Source: Octopus vulgaris
Lineage: Eukaryota
Length of the DNA stretch: 64,000 nucleotides
Assembly: GCA_951406725.2 (NCBI GenBank)
Contig: OX597828.1
Coordinates: 56,544,001 to 56,608,000 of the forward strand
Direction: 5' to 3'
Below the pieces are notes generated by a model. The model was not told the origin of the DNA and did not search any database. It was given only the letters and a program-made list of their open reading frames with translations. Positions within the stretch are counted from its first letter, which is position 1; every line of letters starts with the position of its first letter. Shown piece by piece: positions 41,186 to 54,914 of the stretch. Made by a program: the position numbers and the translations under genes.

Positions 41186-41815
41186 CTAGCAAACGCACAC
41201 GTCCTTTGGACGGTTGAAGTTGCTTTGGTGGTATTTTTTTCATTTTGTTCCAGGTACCACCTGAGCACAGCGAGGCGGTTGTTCAGCGGATATCCCCCAT
41301 AAAGTAAACTTGAAGGAAGCGATGTTCTGCGTTGTTGACAGGAATAATAGAGACTATACAATGATAGGTTTGACCCTGAATTTTGAACGCTTGAGTATTG
41401 GAATATTCATGATTGGGTTTGTGACCGAAACTTGCCGTCTGGAAGGCAGAGTTATAAAAAAGTATAGAGTGGAAAGACAGATGAGTGCTTTGTAGGTCAG
41501 GCAAGCGGGCCTTCCTTGAGCAGCATAGACCACTGGATCCTCCAACCCAATTGAGAGCCTTGCAATATGCACATATTACAGAGATATCTCCTGTAACAGT
41601 CTCTCGATTTGTGGCGTAATCCTCAGGGGGATCATAGTTCATCATCTTTGTTGCCCATCGACAAATCCGGTAAACATTAGATTGAGGTCTCTTCATCCGA
41701 TGGCTACCGACATCTGCCAACCTTGCGGCAGAAGTGGATACAGCGTTACGTGCTGGTCGGAGAGTACTTTCTTCTGGGGCTTCTGCGACCCTCGTGGCCG
41801 ACGTGGATGCGGCAT
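41186..41815 (-). mobile_element. internally deleted Helitron: RepHel N-terminal fragment joined to the 3' terminus
   Basis: [45 protein letters not shown]. 3' end has hairpin cgtcc-aaa-ggacg, then CTAG followed by T. Confidence 0.85.
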
Positions 41816-41825
41816 TGTGTTTGTG

Positions 41826-41904
<79 letters not shown>

Positions 41905-44622
41905 TTATACATACATATACTTTACGTTTCCGTATTTTTCTCCAGTCTATTTTCGTTATATAATTTGATAATCATATTTCCAATTTAGCTAAAGTATTCG
42001 ACCTGAAAAGCGTGCGATACAACGCCTATTCATAATCAAATATTTAGGTGGTAGTCAACAATTTTTTCTTTGTCTTCTACATCATTTATTCAATAATAGA
42101 AAAGTAGAGCACAACATATCTAAGAGAATTGACAAAAACATTTGAAGAACTTCCTAAAAAATTGATAAGAAAAAGCAGGTGATGTTATATATTTCACCTT
42201 CGTAATGAGACTCGTGTGTGTAACGCTCGATATCTCAAACTAAGTCGAATTACCATTGTATATTTTTATAAAAACAACATAGAAGTATTTAAGTAAACCC
42301 TAAAAAATATTCACACTGCAGAAAGTGAAAACGAAGCTAGTACGATGCATAATCCAATAGTCGATACTTTTGTCGATGTCTAAAAGTTCTGTAAGTTTAT
42401 TATTGGTATCCATTCTGAAGAGTTCGTCAATTTTCGCATATGTACATATGAAAAGAGGGGGTGTACTTCCACGCAGAAAAATATAGGAGAATTCGTTTTT
42501 GAAAATGCATCTGAATTTGAAAAAAATTGTAATTGTTTTTAAATACATTTATTTACAAAAATAACAAACTGGTTTCAACACTTTTCTGCTTATCAATGGT
42601 ATAAACGTAGAGACTTAAAGCTTTTTGTTTAAATTGCAAAGTAGAAAACATGTTTAAATGATGAAATGTTCACAAAATTCACTAGTATCAAAATAATCGG
42701 CGAAGAATATAAAAAAAATTCTGATCAACGTGTTTAAATGATTCAATGTTCTATCTATATTTTACTGGTTTTCTCCACATGTATGTTTCGCTAAAAGAAT
42801 GTGCATGTGTTTGCCATATACCATCTTACTCTCTCATGTACATAGTCACTCGCCTTACAGTCGTTGCACCGCAGTTAAATCGATGCAAAAACCAGGTAAT
42901 TGCGAAATTCCGACCAGAAACACCTTTCAGATAGACCGAGAATTATCATCAATCAATCGGTATATTAGTTAATAAATCAAAAGTGATATTCTGTAGTAGC
43001 TGTCCGTTATCAGCTTTGTACAATTGACATGTGGCTGGTTACCCATAATACCCTGAACAACGCTTTTCATTGCATGTGTGAAAGATAAGCAGCTACATCC
43101 AATTGGTACTTTGTATGACTCAGTATTATTCACCATTTATAAACCATTCGTCACGAAACACCATGCAATTTCCAGAAATGAATATATAACGTGCGACAAT
43201 AAATACATTACATGCATCATATACATTATTCCTATTAGTCATCTTCTAAATATGAGAGAAGTACTTTTGCAATTTATGTTTTATAGCATTTATTACATAA
43301 ATCTCTGAAGAGTAACATTAGAATTGAATCATTGATCTTCAAACTGTACATACATAAGATAAATCATGCCAACACTGAATTGATCTTTCCAAGTAACACA
43401 CACACACACAATCACTCACACATTCCTACACGTATATGAACTGACAGGAGTTAAATAGTAAATGCATTTACTTACTGGTTTTATTTACTCTTATTGTAAG
43501 TCTGTTTGTCACACTTCCATTTTGCATATGGAGATGACTTTAATTTTTACTTGTCGGTCTTTAATCAATTAAACAATTGCATTACAAAGGAGCCAATAGT
43601 TAATTTGTTTTACTTAAACTTTCGTTTTAAAATGTATGCGTTACATTAAATTTTGCATTACTGAATTATCTCTAATTCCATTAGCTTGCTGATGAATTGA
43701 ACAACACAACGTTAAGCTTAAATGTTGCTAGTATATCCTTTTCAGCTGCTTCACGGCAGTCATCTGCTGCTCTTTCTGTACTTAGGGTAACTACCAAATT
43801 TTTCGCTAGATTCCGGAAAATATCAATATATCGATACTCGAAAATCTACACTTTTTAGGTAATAAGTAGTACGAGAAAGGATTTTTGCAGTGCTTGGAAT
43901 ATTCCGGATGATTATTATTACTTATTCGATGGGTGGTGTTTAATATTTTGTACTGAAATAAATCTGGCAATAATTATTGTGTTGCACATGAGCATAAAAT
44001 CCCTTACATCGAATAGTTTATGCTAGGAGAACATTTACTTCCCTTCCGCGCACGAACAAAGCAGAAAAAGCATCACGAATCGAAGCACAGATTCAAATAT
44101 TCCAGTATTCGATTCTCCAGTCATATTCCCATGCATTAATCCCAACTACACACAAGTCAAAATTTCTTCAATATAATATAATTTTATCAAAATTTATGTT
44201 TATAAATATCAATATTTACACAGCTCTCTCTTTACACATACACACACACAAGCACACATACACACATATATATATGCATATGTATGAGAGTGTATGAGAG
44301 TGACATACAAAGTGTGTCAACGATTTTATTTCCGAACGGTAGATACTAATCGAAAAGACCTCTTCGTAAGAAAACCTAATAGTATAAGCTTACATTATTT
44401 GTGAAGAAATTGTCGTAAATGTAATATATATGTAAACAAAACAACAGGATTAGCAATTCATAACAACGGTAATGATATTTGTCTTCCTATGAATGTGTAA
44501 AGAGATTTTTTTGGCTAACATAGCTTATAAGTTTGAATATGAAGAAACGTAAACATAATTATTGTGGAAAGACATGAAAATTGTATGAGGCTGAGGAAGG
44601 TTTTATTTTTCTTGATGATTAA

Positions 44623-44981
<359 letters not shown>

Positions 44982-45673
44982 ACCCGGTAATGCACGGCGT
45001 ATAGTATTAGATTTAATGGAAAATTACCGAGGAATCCTCGCTGGAAAAACTTGAATCTTTTATATTTATGAAATTATGAATAAATATATCTCTATGAAAT
45101 TGGGAAAGGTTTGCAACTTGCGTGCTTCTGGAATCTATTTTCCTTTCTCCTACAACTGTAAATACGTTTGAAAATGTGACGAGGAGGAAAGTATACTATT
45201 TTCTTTTTATAATGAAAGTCTCTAAAATCGCTACTAAATATGTTGGCACCCGCTTTCTTCCCTTCTGTTTACAAATCACTAAACATTCCCATGTTCAGGT
45301 AAATGACAGCGAATATATTTATAAACAGGGCGTAAATCAGTGTCTATTTTTTTAGAAAATAGAGGGAAACATTGGATGTTTTGCACCTTTGGTAATTTTA
45401 AGTACTCCAAAAATAGACGTTATGTATTATTTACAGGTCTCCGAAGGAGATCAATAAGAAAATAGCGACTGGCCTACTTCATTTTCAATGACGGAAAATC
45501 TTAATGTAAGTTTGATGAATTTTAACTCTTCATTTATAACGTACACTGAAGGTATGTTAATCCTTGCCAGGTGAATGTTGCAGTAGTTTCACTAAATAGT
45601 ATTTAAGAAATCGCTCGTGAGAATATTCACGATTTCCAAGGGAATTTATATTCTAACATTAATTTCCAAATTC

Positions 45674-46735
45674 GTACGAGGGATGATAGAAGATCTATTG
45701 GCTGACCAATATTCATTCACGAAATGTGACAAAATGAGTTTTATTTTTCAACATAGTCCCCTATGCAGCCCACATACTTCTTCCATCGGTGTTACCGTGC
45801 TAGGATCTCCTCGGGAAAGAAACTTTCATCTTGTCCTAAAATATCAATAGCTAATATGACGTCATCATCACGCGATACTGTTTTCCAGATGATGGTCAGA
45901 TGAAGCCAAATCAGAAGAATAACTTGATTAACCCGTTCAAAACCACAGTCACACACTGCAGCCAATAAAACCAAGGGCTTCTGTGCTGGAACATTGTCGT
46001 GATGTAACTAGACACATTTCGCCAATTTTCCTGTCATTTAGTCATGATAACCTCTCATAACTGCTTGAGAAAATGGCATTGATGGTGTGGGCCATTAAAC
46101 ACAATGCCTAGTTAACCCATCCTCGCCAAAAAAACCGAGGCCATTGCATTCCTTGTATATGAAACAAACGTGACGTTCGCTAGAACAGGCGACGTGAACT
46201 GTTTCAACTGTGTGCATTGTTACTCAGTCTCTGGCTAGAAAATGTTCAAGAATCCGGGTTCCATCTGCTTGAAGCAATGCCGAAATTTTCCGTGGTGTGA
46301 TTAACTTGTTTCTCTTTTGAAATTTGTGTTATAAGCCATTATGCTACTAAGTTCATTATGCAAGGATGTGTTAATAGCATTGGCTATTTGATTTATAATC
46401 AATCGCCAGTCTCTATCACCGTGTGGTGAAAACGATGAATATTTTCCTCGGCGGTTGCAGTTACAGGACGTCTAGACATTAATGTAGGAACCATATCAGC
46501 ATGAATGTTCTTGGGAGATAAGCTCTTTTGCTCCACGTATTCCAAATTTTGTCCATTCTGAAGAAGAGTCTCTGCTAGTTACTTCTGAAACCTTCTTCGA
46601 ACATTTAGATGTCAGTCTAGCTGGAAAGTAACAATGTTGTTATTAATGAGAAATTAGGAAATTAATGCATGCAAGATTTCACAGTTCTTGCATCAATCTT
46701 TTATAGTCAGCCTATGAACTTTTCAGCCCACACCA
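45674..46735 (-). pseudogene. decayed mariner transposon with remnant TIRs
   Basis: Minus strand LHHDNVPA (HDNA) and DLASSDHHL (SPDLAPSD). Ends tacgagggatgatagaagatctattggctgac / gtcagcctatgaacttttcagcccac. Confidence 0.7.
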
Positions 46736-47514
46736 ATACTTTTGTAATTAAATGCACAGACTAAGCACAACATACTACGGCGCCAAACGCGTCTTGACAA
46801 GAAAAAAAACACATTGTGTTTCTTTTGTGAGGTTTTTAATATATCTGTGACTCTATAATTGGCAAATTTTTTCATCAAAATCACTACCGAAAAAACAACC
46901 ACGTCAGAAATTGATTATATTCACATTGCCAAATATTGAACGCAGTTATCATTTCATCCACTTCTTGTCAGCTTCCAAAATGTTTACTAAAATATGGAAT
47001 AACGTAACTAGTTTAGACATTTCCTGGAATAGAAATATGCGGTTAATATAAATTAGGAAGTTATGAAGTGCGGCCTATTTTTTTCCGTCAACTATTAGGC
47101 TTTCTTGGATATTCAAGATTTTTGTATGAAGTTGTTTGGATATGGTTAATAGCTGTCTGCCTGTATTATGAAAGATATTATATATAGTTTGGAGACTACG
47201 TTTCTTTAAAATTAGAAATAATACTAAGAAAAAGAAATTATCAGTTATGATTTTTATTTGTACTGCTATGTAAAGAAGTGTTTGGCACTTATATAATCAC
47301 TAGTTAGACGATGAAGTACATTTTCTATTCATAAAACGTACAAATATATTTAGCATAAATAAGTAGTTTGTTATTCTTTTACAATTTCTGAATTTATGTA
47401 CAGTTAACAATCAGTTACGTCGTCATATACGTGTGAGCTTGTACACATGCGCATTTCGCATTGCATACATACATAAAAACATACATACACAAATTCATAC
47501 ATGCATATATACGT

Positions 47515-47655
47515 GCATGAGTGGCTGTGTTCTTAAGTAGCTTGCTTACCAACCACATGGTTCCAGGTTCAGTCCCAATACGTGGCACCTTGGGCAAGTG
47601 TCTTCTACTATAGCCTCGGGTTGATTTGGTAGACGGAAACTGAAATAATCTCGTA
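47515..47655 (+). mobile_element. SINE family B (CORE-like)
   Basis: ggttcagtccc...ttgggcaagtgtcttctactatagcctcggg...gatttggtagacggaaactgaaa. Confidence 0.8.
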
Positions 47656-47700
<45 letters not shown>

Positions 47701-47775
47701 CATATATGTATATGTATATCTCCATCTCTTGTTGCCCACTTTGGGATCTTTCTTTCCTCTCTCTTCCTTCTTTAT

Positions 47776-47810
47776 GTTTCCGACGAAGAGCTCCGCTCGA
47801 AACGTCATAC
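47776..47810 (+). ncRNA. minimal hammerhead ribozyme motif within short repeat 47715-47905
   Basis: gttt-CCGACGA-a-gagc-tcc-gctc-GAAAC-GTC-atac; one stem I mismatch; same family as 40169-40203. Confidence 0.68.
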
Positions 47811-47954
47811 CTTCCTGCTTCCATATTTCCTGAGCGCCTATTAATAATAATACTGTAATTGTTCCACGTGTTGTTGTTTTTTTGTTTTCCCGTTTGGATT
47901 AAAATTATATATATATATATATGTATATGTTTGTGTCAGTGTTTGTCATACGAG

Positions 47955-48128
47955 CATCGCTTGACAACTGATGTTGTAGTGGGTACGCCCCTGTAACTTA
48001 GCAGTTCGGCAAAATAGAAAAGTTAAATTATGTACCAGGCTCACAAAGAATAAGTCCTGGCATCCATTTGTTCTACTAAAGGCGGTGCTCCAGCATGGCT
48101 GCAGTCAAATGACTGAAACAAGTAAAAG
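47955..48128 (+). mobile_element. SINE family C with LINE-like 3' end
   Basis: gtaacttagcagttcggcaaaa...ggcggtgctccagcatggctg-cagtca-aa-tgactg-aaac-aagtaaaag. Confidence 0.8.
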
Positions 48129-48171
<43 letters not shown>

Positions 48172-48193
48172 GCATATATATATATATATATAT

Positions 48194-48443
48194 ATGGTGT
48201 GGACTTACATGGTGTGGATGTGGGTTTCTTTAAAACTAAACTGGATCTCTTCTTGTTGGGAGTCCCAGATGAACCTACCTCACGACAGGAGACGCGGATG
48301 CGGGCAGCAGCATCGAACTCCCTTGTTGATCAAGTGCCACGTATCAGAGGTGGATTCACAAATTAGTGTAGCTCATTCAGCGGTGGTGCCCCAGCATGGC
48401 CGCGGCCTTCGGGCTAAAACATTTTTAAGGATTTAAGGATTTA
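48194..48443 (+). mobile_element. severely 5'-truncated CR1-type LINE (ORF2 end, 3' UTR, TTTAAGGA tail)
   Basis: FKTKLDLFLLGVPDEP...ASNSLVDQ aligns with FKKSLDRFLQEIPDKP...NNNSLLEW of the intact ORF2. Confidence 0.85.
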
Positions 48444-49049
48444 TATATATATATATATTCATACACACACGCGCGCGTGCGCACACACATATATATGTTT
48501 GTACATGTATGTATGTGTTAAACGACACAGGTTTCACACTGTCCATTCAATAATTGCTGGATCTCTGCAGCTTATATATGGTCGGTGCGCACTGGGAGTT
48601 TAGTTCCTGTGTGAGTCAGTATCATCAGAGATGGAAGTAGTAACAACACTCAAAAGTAATATTAGTTGCCACTTCAGCCTTGATGTTCCATACCTGCGTC
48701 TGATACATTACTCCTAATATATGAGACACAGGTTGTCTGTGGTTAACCAGTTGGAAAGGAGGTTTTCTTGGGGTTAAAATATCGTAACATATTCAGTGTG
48801 TGTTTTTGTGTGTGTAAATATGTGCGCAGTGGGTCAGTAAGAAAGCGGTTGTTTGCTGACATCGATGTGATTGTGATATGATGTGAATTGAGGAATATAT
48901 AGAAACATAGCTTCATAGTATTCAATGATGTTTAGTGAAGAAACAAACTATTACCTATCTTTTTGTGGCTCCGAAACCTAGCAACAACAGCGAAGCAATA
49001 ATTCTTTCTCCATATAATTCACGAAAAGGATTCAGTACAGTAAAAAGAA

Positions 49050-49480
49050 ATACTAATTGAAGATTTCATATTTTAAGAGTCAAGAGGTGCTTTTCTCCCA
49101 GCGTTGAAAAGATTTCAGTTCTTCTTTATCACATTTCTCTTTCCATAGTTTGGAGATCTTCTCTTTATAGGGGCCTTGGAATATTTTGCTAATTTCATGA
49201 TTGATCTCTTCATCGATGAATTTAACTTTTTCTTCATTCGTCTGAGCCCCTAATTTTAGAAGTTCTATTTTCATCTTCTTATTTTCCAGTGCCATTCTTT
49301 GCGTATCAGGTTCATCTGTAATGGCTTTGATCTGGAATTTACGTGGGAGAATTAATGGTGTCCGATTGAGCCATTTTTCGTATACATCCGCTTTATTGTT
49401 GTTTCGGATGATCTTCGAAAATGCGAACTTTTACTTTTAACTGTTGGAACCATTCTAAAATCGAAAATGGTATTGCAAGT
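49050..49480 (-). pseudogene. coding-like relic, possibly an N-terminal region of a Penelope-like ORF
   Basis: Charged helical peptide PRKFQIKAI...ALENKKMKIELLKL...KLWKEKCDKEELKS.QRW; family assignment is from memory only. Confidence 0.35.
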
Positions 49481-50207
49481 CTTTGTTCTGAAAATTTGAA
49501 CAACTGTCATGTTTTTGCACAGTGTATCAAATGAATAGGAACTTTGCATTGGAATCATTCGCTGAGATTTTTAGCTTTATATAAACTTTTGAAACTTTGC
49601 TTATAACTTGTCAACCCATTACACAAATCACTTTCATACACAGATTCAACATGGCATAAATTTTCACAAGTTTGTCATTTAGAATAGAAACGGTGCAGTT
49701 GCCACTATGTTGATCATATTCTATTAGAAAGTTCCCAAGCAGACATTCACTAAAGTAATAATATATTTATCGCTGTCAACATTCCAACATGGAGAATAAT
49801 ATGACACTTTTCCGAGACTTCTAAAGTTATTGGATACTTCTGTTATGCAGACAACAATATATAGGAAAAGAAGAAAATAGGCTGTTATCAAGAGTTATTA
49901 TGTCCAGTGCAGTTCTCACCAAATCTTATTTACAACGCGGTTGTAAGCTAACTCAGACATTTGACAATTGTATTAAGTTGTCTTCAAATAATGTGGAATA
50001 TTTTACAACTGCTATTTTTGGCTTGATGCCCAGTGTATATGGTATATATATTGCATATTTTGCTTAATATATAGGTTTGTTCTAAATTAATTCAACTCAT
50101 TGTTCATTTCGGAATCTTATGAATCTTATGAATATTTGAGGATAAATAAGTTTTGCATGAATATAATATAATTTACCAAGCGAAAGCTAAATGTATTTAT
50201 ATATATA

Positions 50208-50587
50208 TGGAAGTGCAATGTCCCAGTGCATAGAGCAGCGGACTCGTGGTCGTAGGATCGCAGTTTCGATTCCGAGACCGAGCGATGCGAATGTTTATTG
50301 AGGGAAAACACCTAAAAGTACCACGGGGCTCCAATAGGGGGTGATGTAAACACTGCTATCCTGTTTCATTACAAGTTTCTCTCACTCTTCCTTTCTGTTT
50401 TTGCTGTACCTGTATTTCAAAGGTCCAGCTTTGTCACATTCTGTGTCAGGCTGAATCGCCCCGAGAACTACTTTAAGAGTATACGTGTCTGTGGAGTGCT
50501 CAGTCACTTACACGTTAATATCACGAGCAGGGTGTCCTCCCGATCGGATCAACTGGAACTCGTGTTGTCGTAACCGACGGAAGGCTA

Positions 50588-50588
<1 letters not shown>
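50208..50588 (+). mobile_element. SINE family D variant
   Basis: gcagcggactcgtggtcgtaggatcgcagtttcgattcc head. Confidence 0.8.
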
Positions 50589-50645
<57 letters not shown>

Positions 50646-50650
<5 letters not shown>

Positions 50651-51650
50651 GTTGGCAACTAAGTTTCCGCAGCATTTATAAATTTTGGAATTTATTGCGC
50701 TTTTAAATTTTGGAATCTTTTTTTTTAGTTAATTTTAGTTAATTTTTGTTTATTTTCAGATGATTGAAATGGAATGTGAATTTAAGAAAAACAAGTATTT
50801 TCGACACCTCACGGTTCTAAGAGCGCAAAAGCTGCTCGCCATATTTGTGCTGTGTATGGAGAGGTTGCCATAGCTGAAAGAATTGCTCGTGATTGGTATG
50901 CCAAGTTCAAAAATGAAACTTTTGATATCCAAAACCGCACCTCGTACTGGCCGTCTAGTTGAGTTGGTTGAAGACCGATTAAACGAACTTTTACACGAAA
51001 ATTCTCGTCAAACGACAAGGGAACAGGCAAAGAAAATGGAAAGCTCCTATACTGCTACAGAGAATCACCTTCACTCGATGGCAAAGTTTCAGAAGTATGG
51101 ATCGTGGTTTCTGTGACAACAACAAAACTCAACAAGACACAATCTCTGCTGGTTTGCTTGCTCATCACCGCTCAACTCATGGACACAAGCAACGATTTCT
51201 TTACCAAATCGTTACTGGCGTCGAAGAATGGTGCCTGTACATCAATATGAAGCAGCGTAAAGAATGACTTAGCCCCGGTAAACAAGCGGCACAGCGCGTG
51301 AAACAAGATCTTCATCTGCGTAAAACGATGTTGTGCTTATGGTGGGACTGGGAAGGGATTATCCATTACAAATTGCTTGAATGGAACCAAACGGTCAACA
51401 CAGTACTCTATGTTCAACAGATGGACCGACTCAATACGGCTATTCAATAGAAAAGACCTAATCGGCAACATGGAGTTCTCCTGCTGCACGACAACGCCCG
51501 CCTTTATATCGCCAAGGAAGCCATACAAACGCATGGCTAGGAAGTGCTGACACACACGCCGTACTCTCCTGATTTGGCACCAATGGATTTACACCTCTTT
51601 CGATCTCTTTCAAATGATTAGCGCAGAGTTTCGTTAAATGCTGATGCAGA
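50646..51650 (+). pseudogene. mariner transposase pseudogene, 3' end lost
   Basis: tattaggttggcaactaag TIR-like start; PRTGR, IVTGVEEWCLYIN, WWDWEGIIHY, LLHDNAR, PYSPDLAPMDLHLFRSL. Confidence 0.88.
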
Positions 51651-52556
51651 ATACGCTTCCAACATCCCTTTCCTGAAAATAAGATAATCAAAACAACACT
51701 CAAACACTGATTCACACCTATCTACAAAATGGAACCATCACTCCTTGCAAAAAAAAGGAATACAGGACCTAAACCTAAATTTATAAACCACCAGCGATAC
51801 AATATCTGGAGTGTCCCAACTTCAAATAGAGAAAGGAAAAATCACTGCCAGCAGGATAGACATTGGAACCTCCTCACCCCATTAGGGGTTGCCAACGAGA
51901 TTTTAGTTCCAACAATCTACTAAACAACCATGCGCAAAAAACACGTACCTTACGCAATTATTACCAACGACGATGGGATATCGGAACACACCTTTCAATA
52001 CAGTTCCAAGAACCCACACCATATATCACAATACAGTACCCCGCAACCATAAGGAACACCTACATAACATCTACTGTCACAACCCGCGCATTCATTTTTG
52101 TACCCAATACGCAAACACAGACATGAGATAGCACTAAACAGACATGAGGAACCAAAAGTGATAAAAATTATCAATCTAACTCACAAAGAACTAAGAGCAA
52201 ACCAAATCAATATACTCTCCAAAGGTTTCAAGTTTACACCCACCCCACAACGCCCCAACTACAACGAAATGAAAGAAGACATCGCAGAATTCTGTAGAAA
52301 GTTATGACTCTCTGGGGAGCTATAAAACAAATACAACGAGGACCGATCGTTGGACTGAAGTAGAAGTAACTAAACCCCTCTTGATCATTTCTGTGAATAC
52401 ATCTCCAATTACCCATATCGACATATACACAAACAAAAGCTAAACCAAACTTTAGCAAAAAAGAAAGTGCTGAGATGAACAAATTGAAAGATGATAAAAC
52501 AATAACAATCAAAGAGGCTGATAAAGGGAGTGCAGTTGTCTTAATGGACACGATAT
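51651..52556 (+). pseudogene. Penelope-like element relic, N-terminal and pre-RT region
   Basis: IINLTHKEL...ILSKGFKFTPTP...DIAEFCRKL; PNFSKKE...LKDDKTITIKEADKGSAVVLMD. Confidence 0.82.
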
Positions 52557-53712
52557 TCGACATGCAGTATTAAACGGTCAGGTAATTTCTTTCTTCGGTT
52601 GTTATGTAGAACAAGGACATAGCATTGTTTCAATAAATGTTTACGTTTCTAAGCCAAAACCTTTACACTGCAAATGTATATGGAGGTCACTTTCCTTCAT
52701 TAATGCGAATGAAAAACATTACTTGGAATTATTGCAAGACATAACAGAACATTTCAATAGGATAATGATCACACTGAAGATATTTCGTAGAAACTATTGG
52801 GCTAAAGAAAGCAAATAAGAAAAGAAAGAATATTTGTAATACAAAGGGATTAATGCCCACTGATATTTTGTGTTGGTACAAGAAACGTGTAATTGCCAAA
52901 GTTTGGATAAAGGGATCCGCGGGATTTACCGGTTGCCATAGATTAACATACGTTAAAGATTTAGTTCTATAAAACTAAAGCGCAAAATACATGCTAAAGC
53001 AGAGCAAATTGACAGAATCTCTAATGAATGACACAGCAGTGAATCCATTGTAAATCAGCTTTAGGTTTTAGAACATCTACTACTTCAATTTTAAATTGTT
53101 TAGGTACAAGAATCATGTTTCAGAATTGAGCATACACAAACTTAAATATTATTTACATCTATGTGGCATATTCTATACATCGCTTTTAGATATAAATAAT
53201 ACTGATAAAAAATAATTTCGTAGATCTCAACAACATGAAAAAGAAGAAAATTTCTCTATTATCGATATTAGACACGCTGAATTGCTGGAAACAACGTAAC
53301 ATACATGGACATTTTAATATTTTGCTTTCATTTCACAGCTCTATTCAGGTTTAAAGTAAATGGGTTGCCTATTATATTCCGAAAACGGTTTATTATGCAC
53401 CAGTCATGATATTATATAAAAAATAGCAGGAAATCCAATTTCTTTGTTTATTTCATTCCTTCTTATATTTAGCTATCTATTATTTTGTAGGTGTTCAGAG
53501 TAAGAACAGATTTTACAGCTTTTCACTGCAGCAGATTCTGGTTGATATTAAAATAATATCGTTAAAAAATATACTTGAAATATTTTGACTTCTACGACAC
53601 CCCAATTCTTTTTTCCTTTCTTTATTTTCGAATAATATGACACGAGCAGAAATCCGAGAACAAACAAAGGTACATTTGAAATATTTCTGGCATATACACA
53701 CATAGAGGCATG

Positions 53713-53807
<95 letters not shown>

Positions 53808-54173
53808 GAATGAGAGGCGTAGCTACCCAGATGGATTCCTAATAAGCTAGAAGAACACGCCACATTGCCTTACACGAAGCGTCTACTAGAATATTAGGAA
53901 TCCACCTCGGTGGCAATTTCTCTAATTTACATGTGTAAAATAATTCATGGTCATCGGACATTTTTTAAGTTTGCTAGCCACTGGATTAGATTAATATTAT
54001 TTAATAATATTAATTTCAATCCTCATTATTTAAATATATATATATATATATATTTAAATATATATATATAATATTAATTAGAGACAAAACAACTATTTTG
54101 CAAATCAAACAAAGAAAGACTTAATCGAATACATAAAATAAAATTTAATATAAATTAAATAAAATTATATTCG

Positions 54174-54219
54174 CCACTACAATTGTTTCATGTCTCTTCT
54201 CAGGACATTCATCAGGTGG
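54174..54219 (-). ncRNA. type I hammerhead ribozyme (inverted twin)
   Basis: Exact reverse complement of 54279-54324. Confidence 0.85.
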
Positions 54220-54278
54220 ATTTCAGATCTTCTATTCTATTTTAAGTTATGAATAGAATAGAATAGAAAATCTGAAAT

Positions 54279-54324
54279 CCACCTGATGAATGTCCTGAGA
54301 AGAGACATGAAACAATTGTAGTGG
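54279..54324 (+). ncRNA. type I hammerhead ribozyme, predicted cleavage after GUA at 54320
   Basis: ccac-CTGATGA-atgtc-ctgagaaga-gacat-GAAAC-aatt-GTA-gtgg; canonical core; palindromic stem III acaattgt. Confidence 0.88.
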
Positions 54325-54517
54325 CGAATATAATTTTATTTAATTTATATTAAAATTTTTTTATGTATTGGATTAAGTCTTTCTTTGTTTGATTTGCAAA
54401 ATAGTGGTTTTGTCTCTAATTAATATTATATAATATTTTACTATAAAATTAGATTCAATCCTAAATCTGATTTTCCCTGTAAATTTGGATTTATTCCCTA
54501 ATATTTATTATTATATA

Positions 54518-54554
<37 letters not shown>

Positions 54555-54643
54555 GTAAGTATGTATGTATGTATGTATGTATGTATGTATGTATGTATGT
54601 ATGTATGTATGTATGTATGTATGTGTGTGTATATACGTATGTA

Positions 54644-54770
54644 TCTTTCTGTCGAAGAGCGTAGGCTCGGAACGTGAAAGACTTTTCCTATTCCTGAGCG
54701 CTATACTAATACATTTGTTTGATTGTACTCCACCTGCCTTCGTCTTTTGTTTATTTTCGTAAACTTTCCC
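54644..54770 (+). mobile_element. short repeat with mutated minimal hammerhead (54644-54681)
   Basis: tcttt-CTGtCGA-a-gagc-gtag-gctc-GgAAC-GTg-aaaga; stems intact, core altered; downstream ttcctgagcg shared with 47715-47905. Confidence 0.6.
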
Positions 54771-54855
54771 TTTATATATGTATATATATATATATATACT
54801 TATAGAAATTCATATGTATGTATATTTATATATACATGCTTATATAAATAAATAC

Positions 54856-54914
<59 letters not shown>

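Larger units (their letters stand above)
54067..54512. mobile_element. near-perfect palindrome (arms 54067-54240 / 54257-54430) of an HHR-bearing Penelope-like terminus
   Basis: ~174-bp arms with few mismatches and a ~16-nt spacer. The right arm continues to 54512 with sequence similar to 19262-19345. Confidence 0.9.

Noticed and set aside
43683-43720. agcttg-CTGATGA...caacgtt-aagct hammerhead-like string
   Set aside because: No GAAA and no convincing stem II; probably chance.
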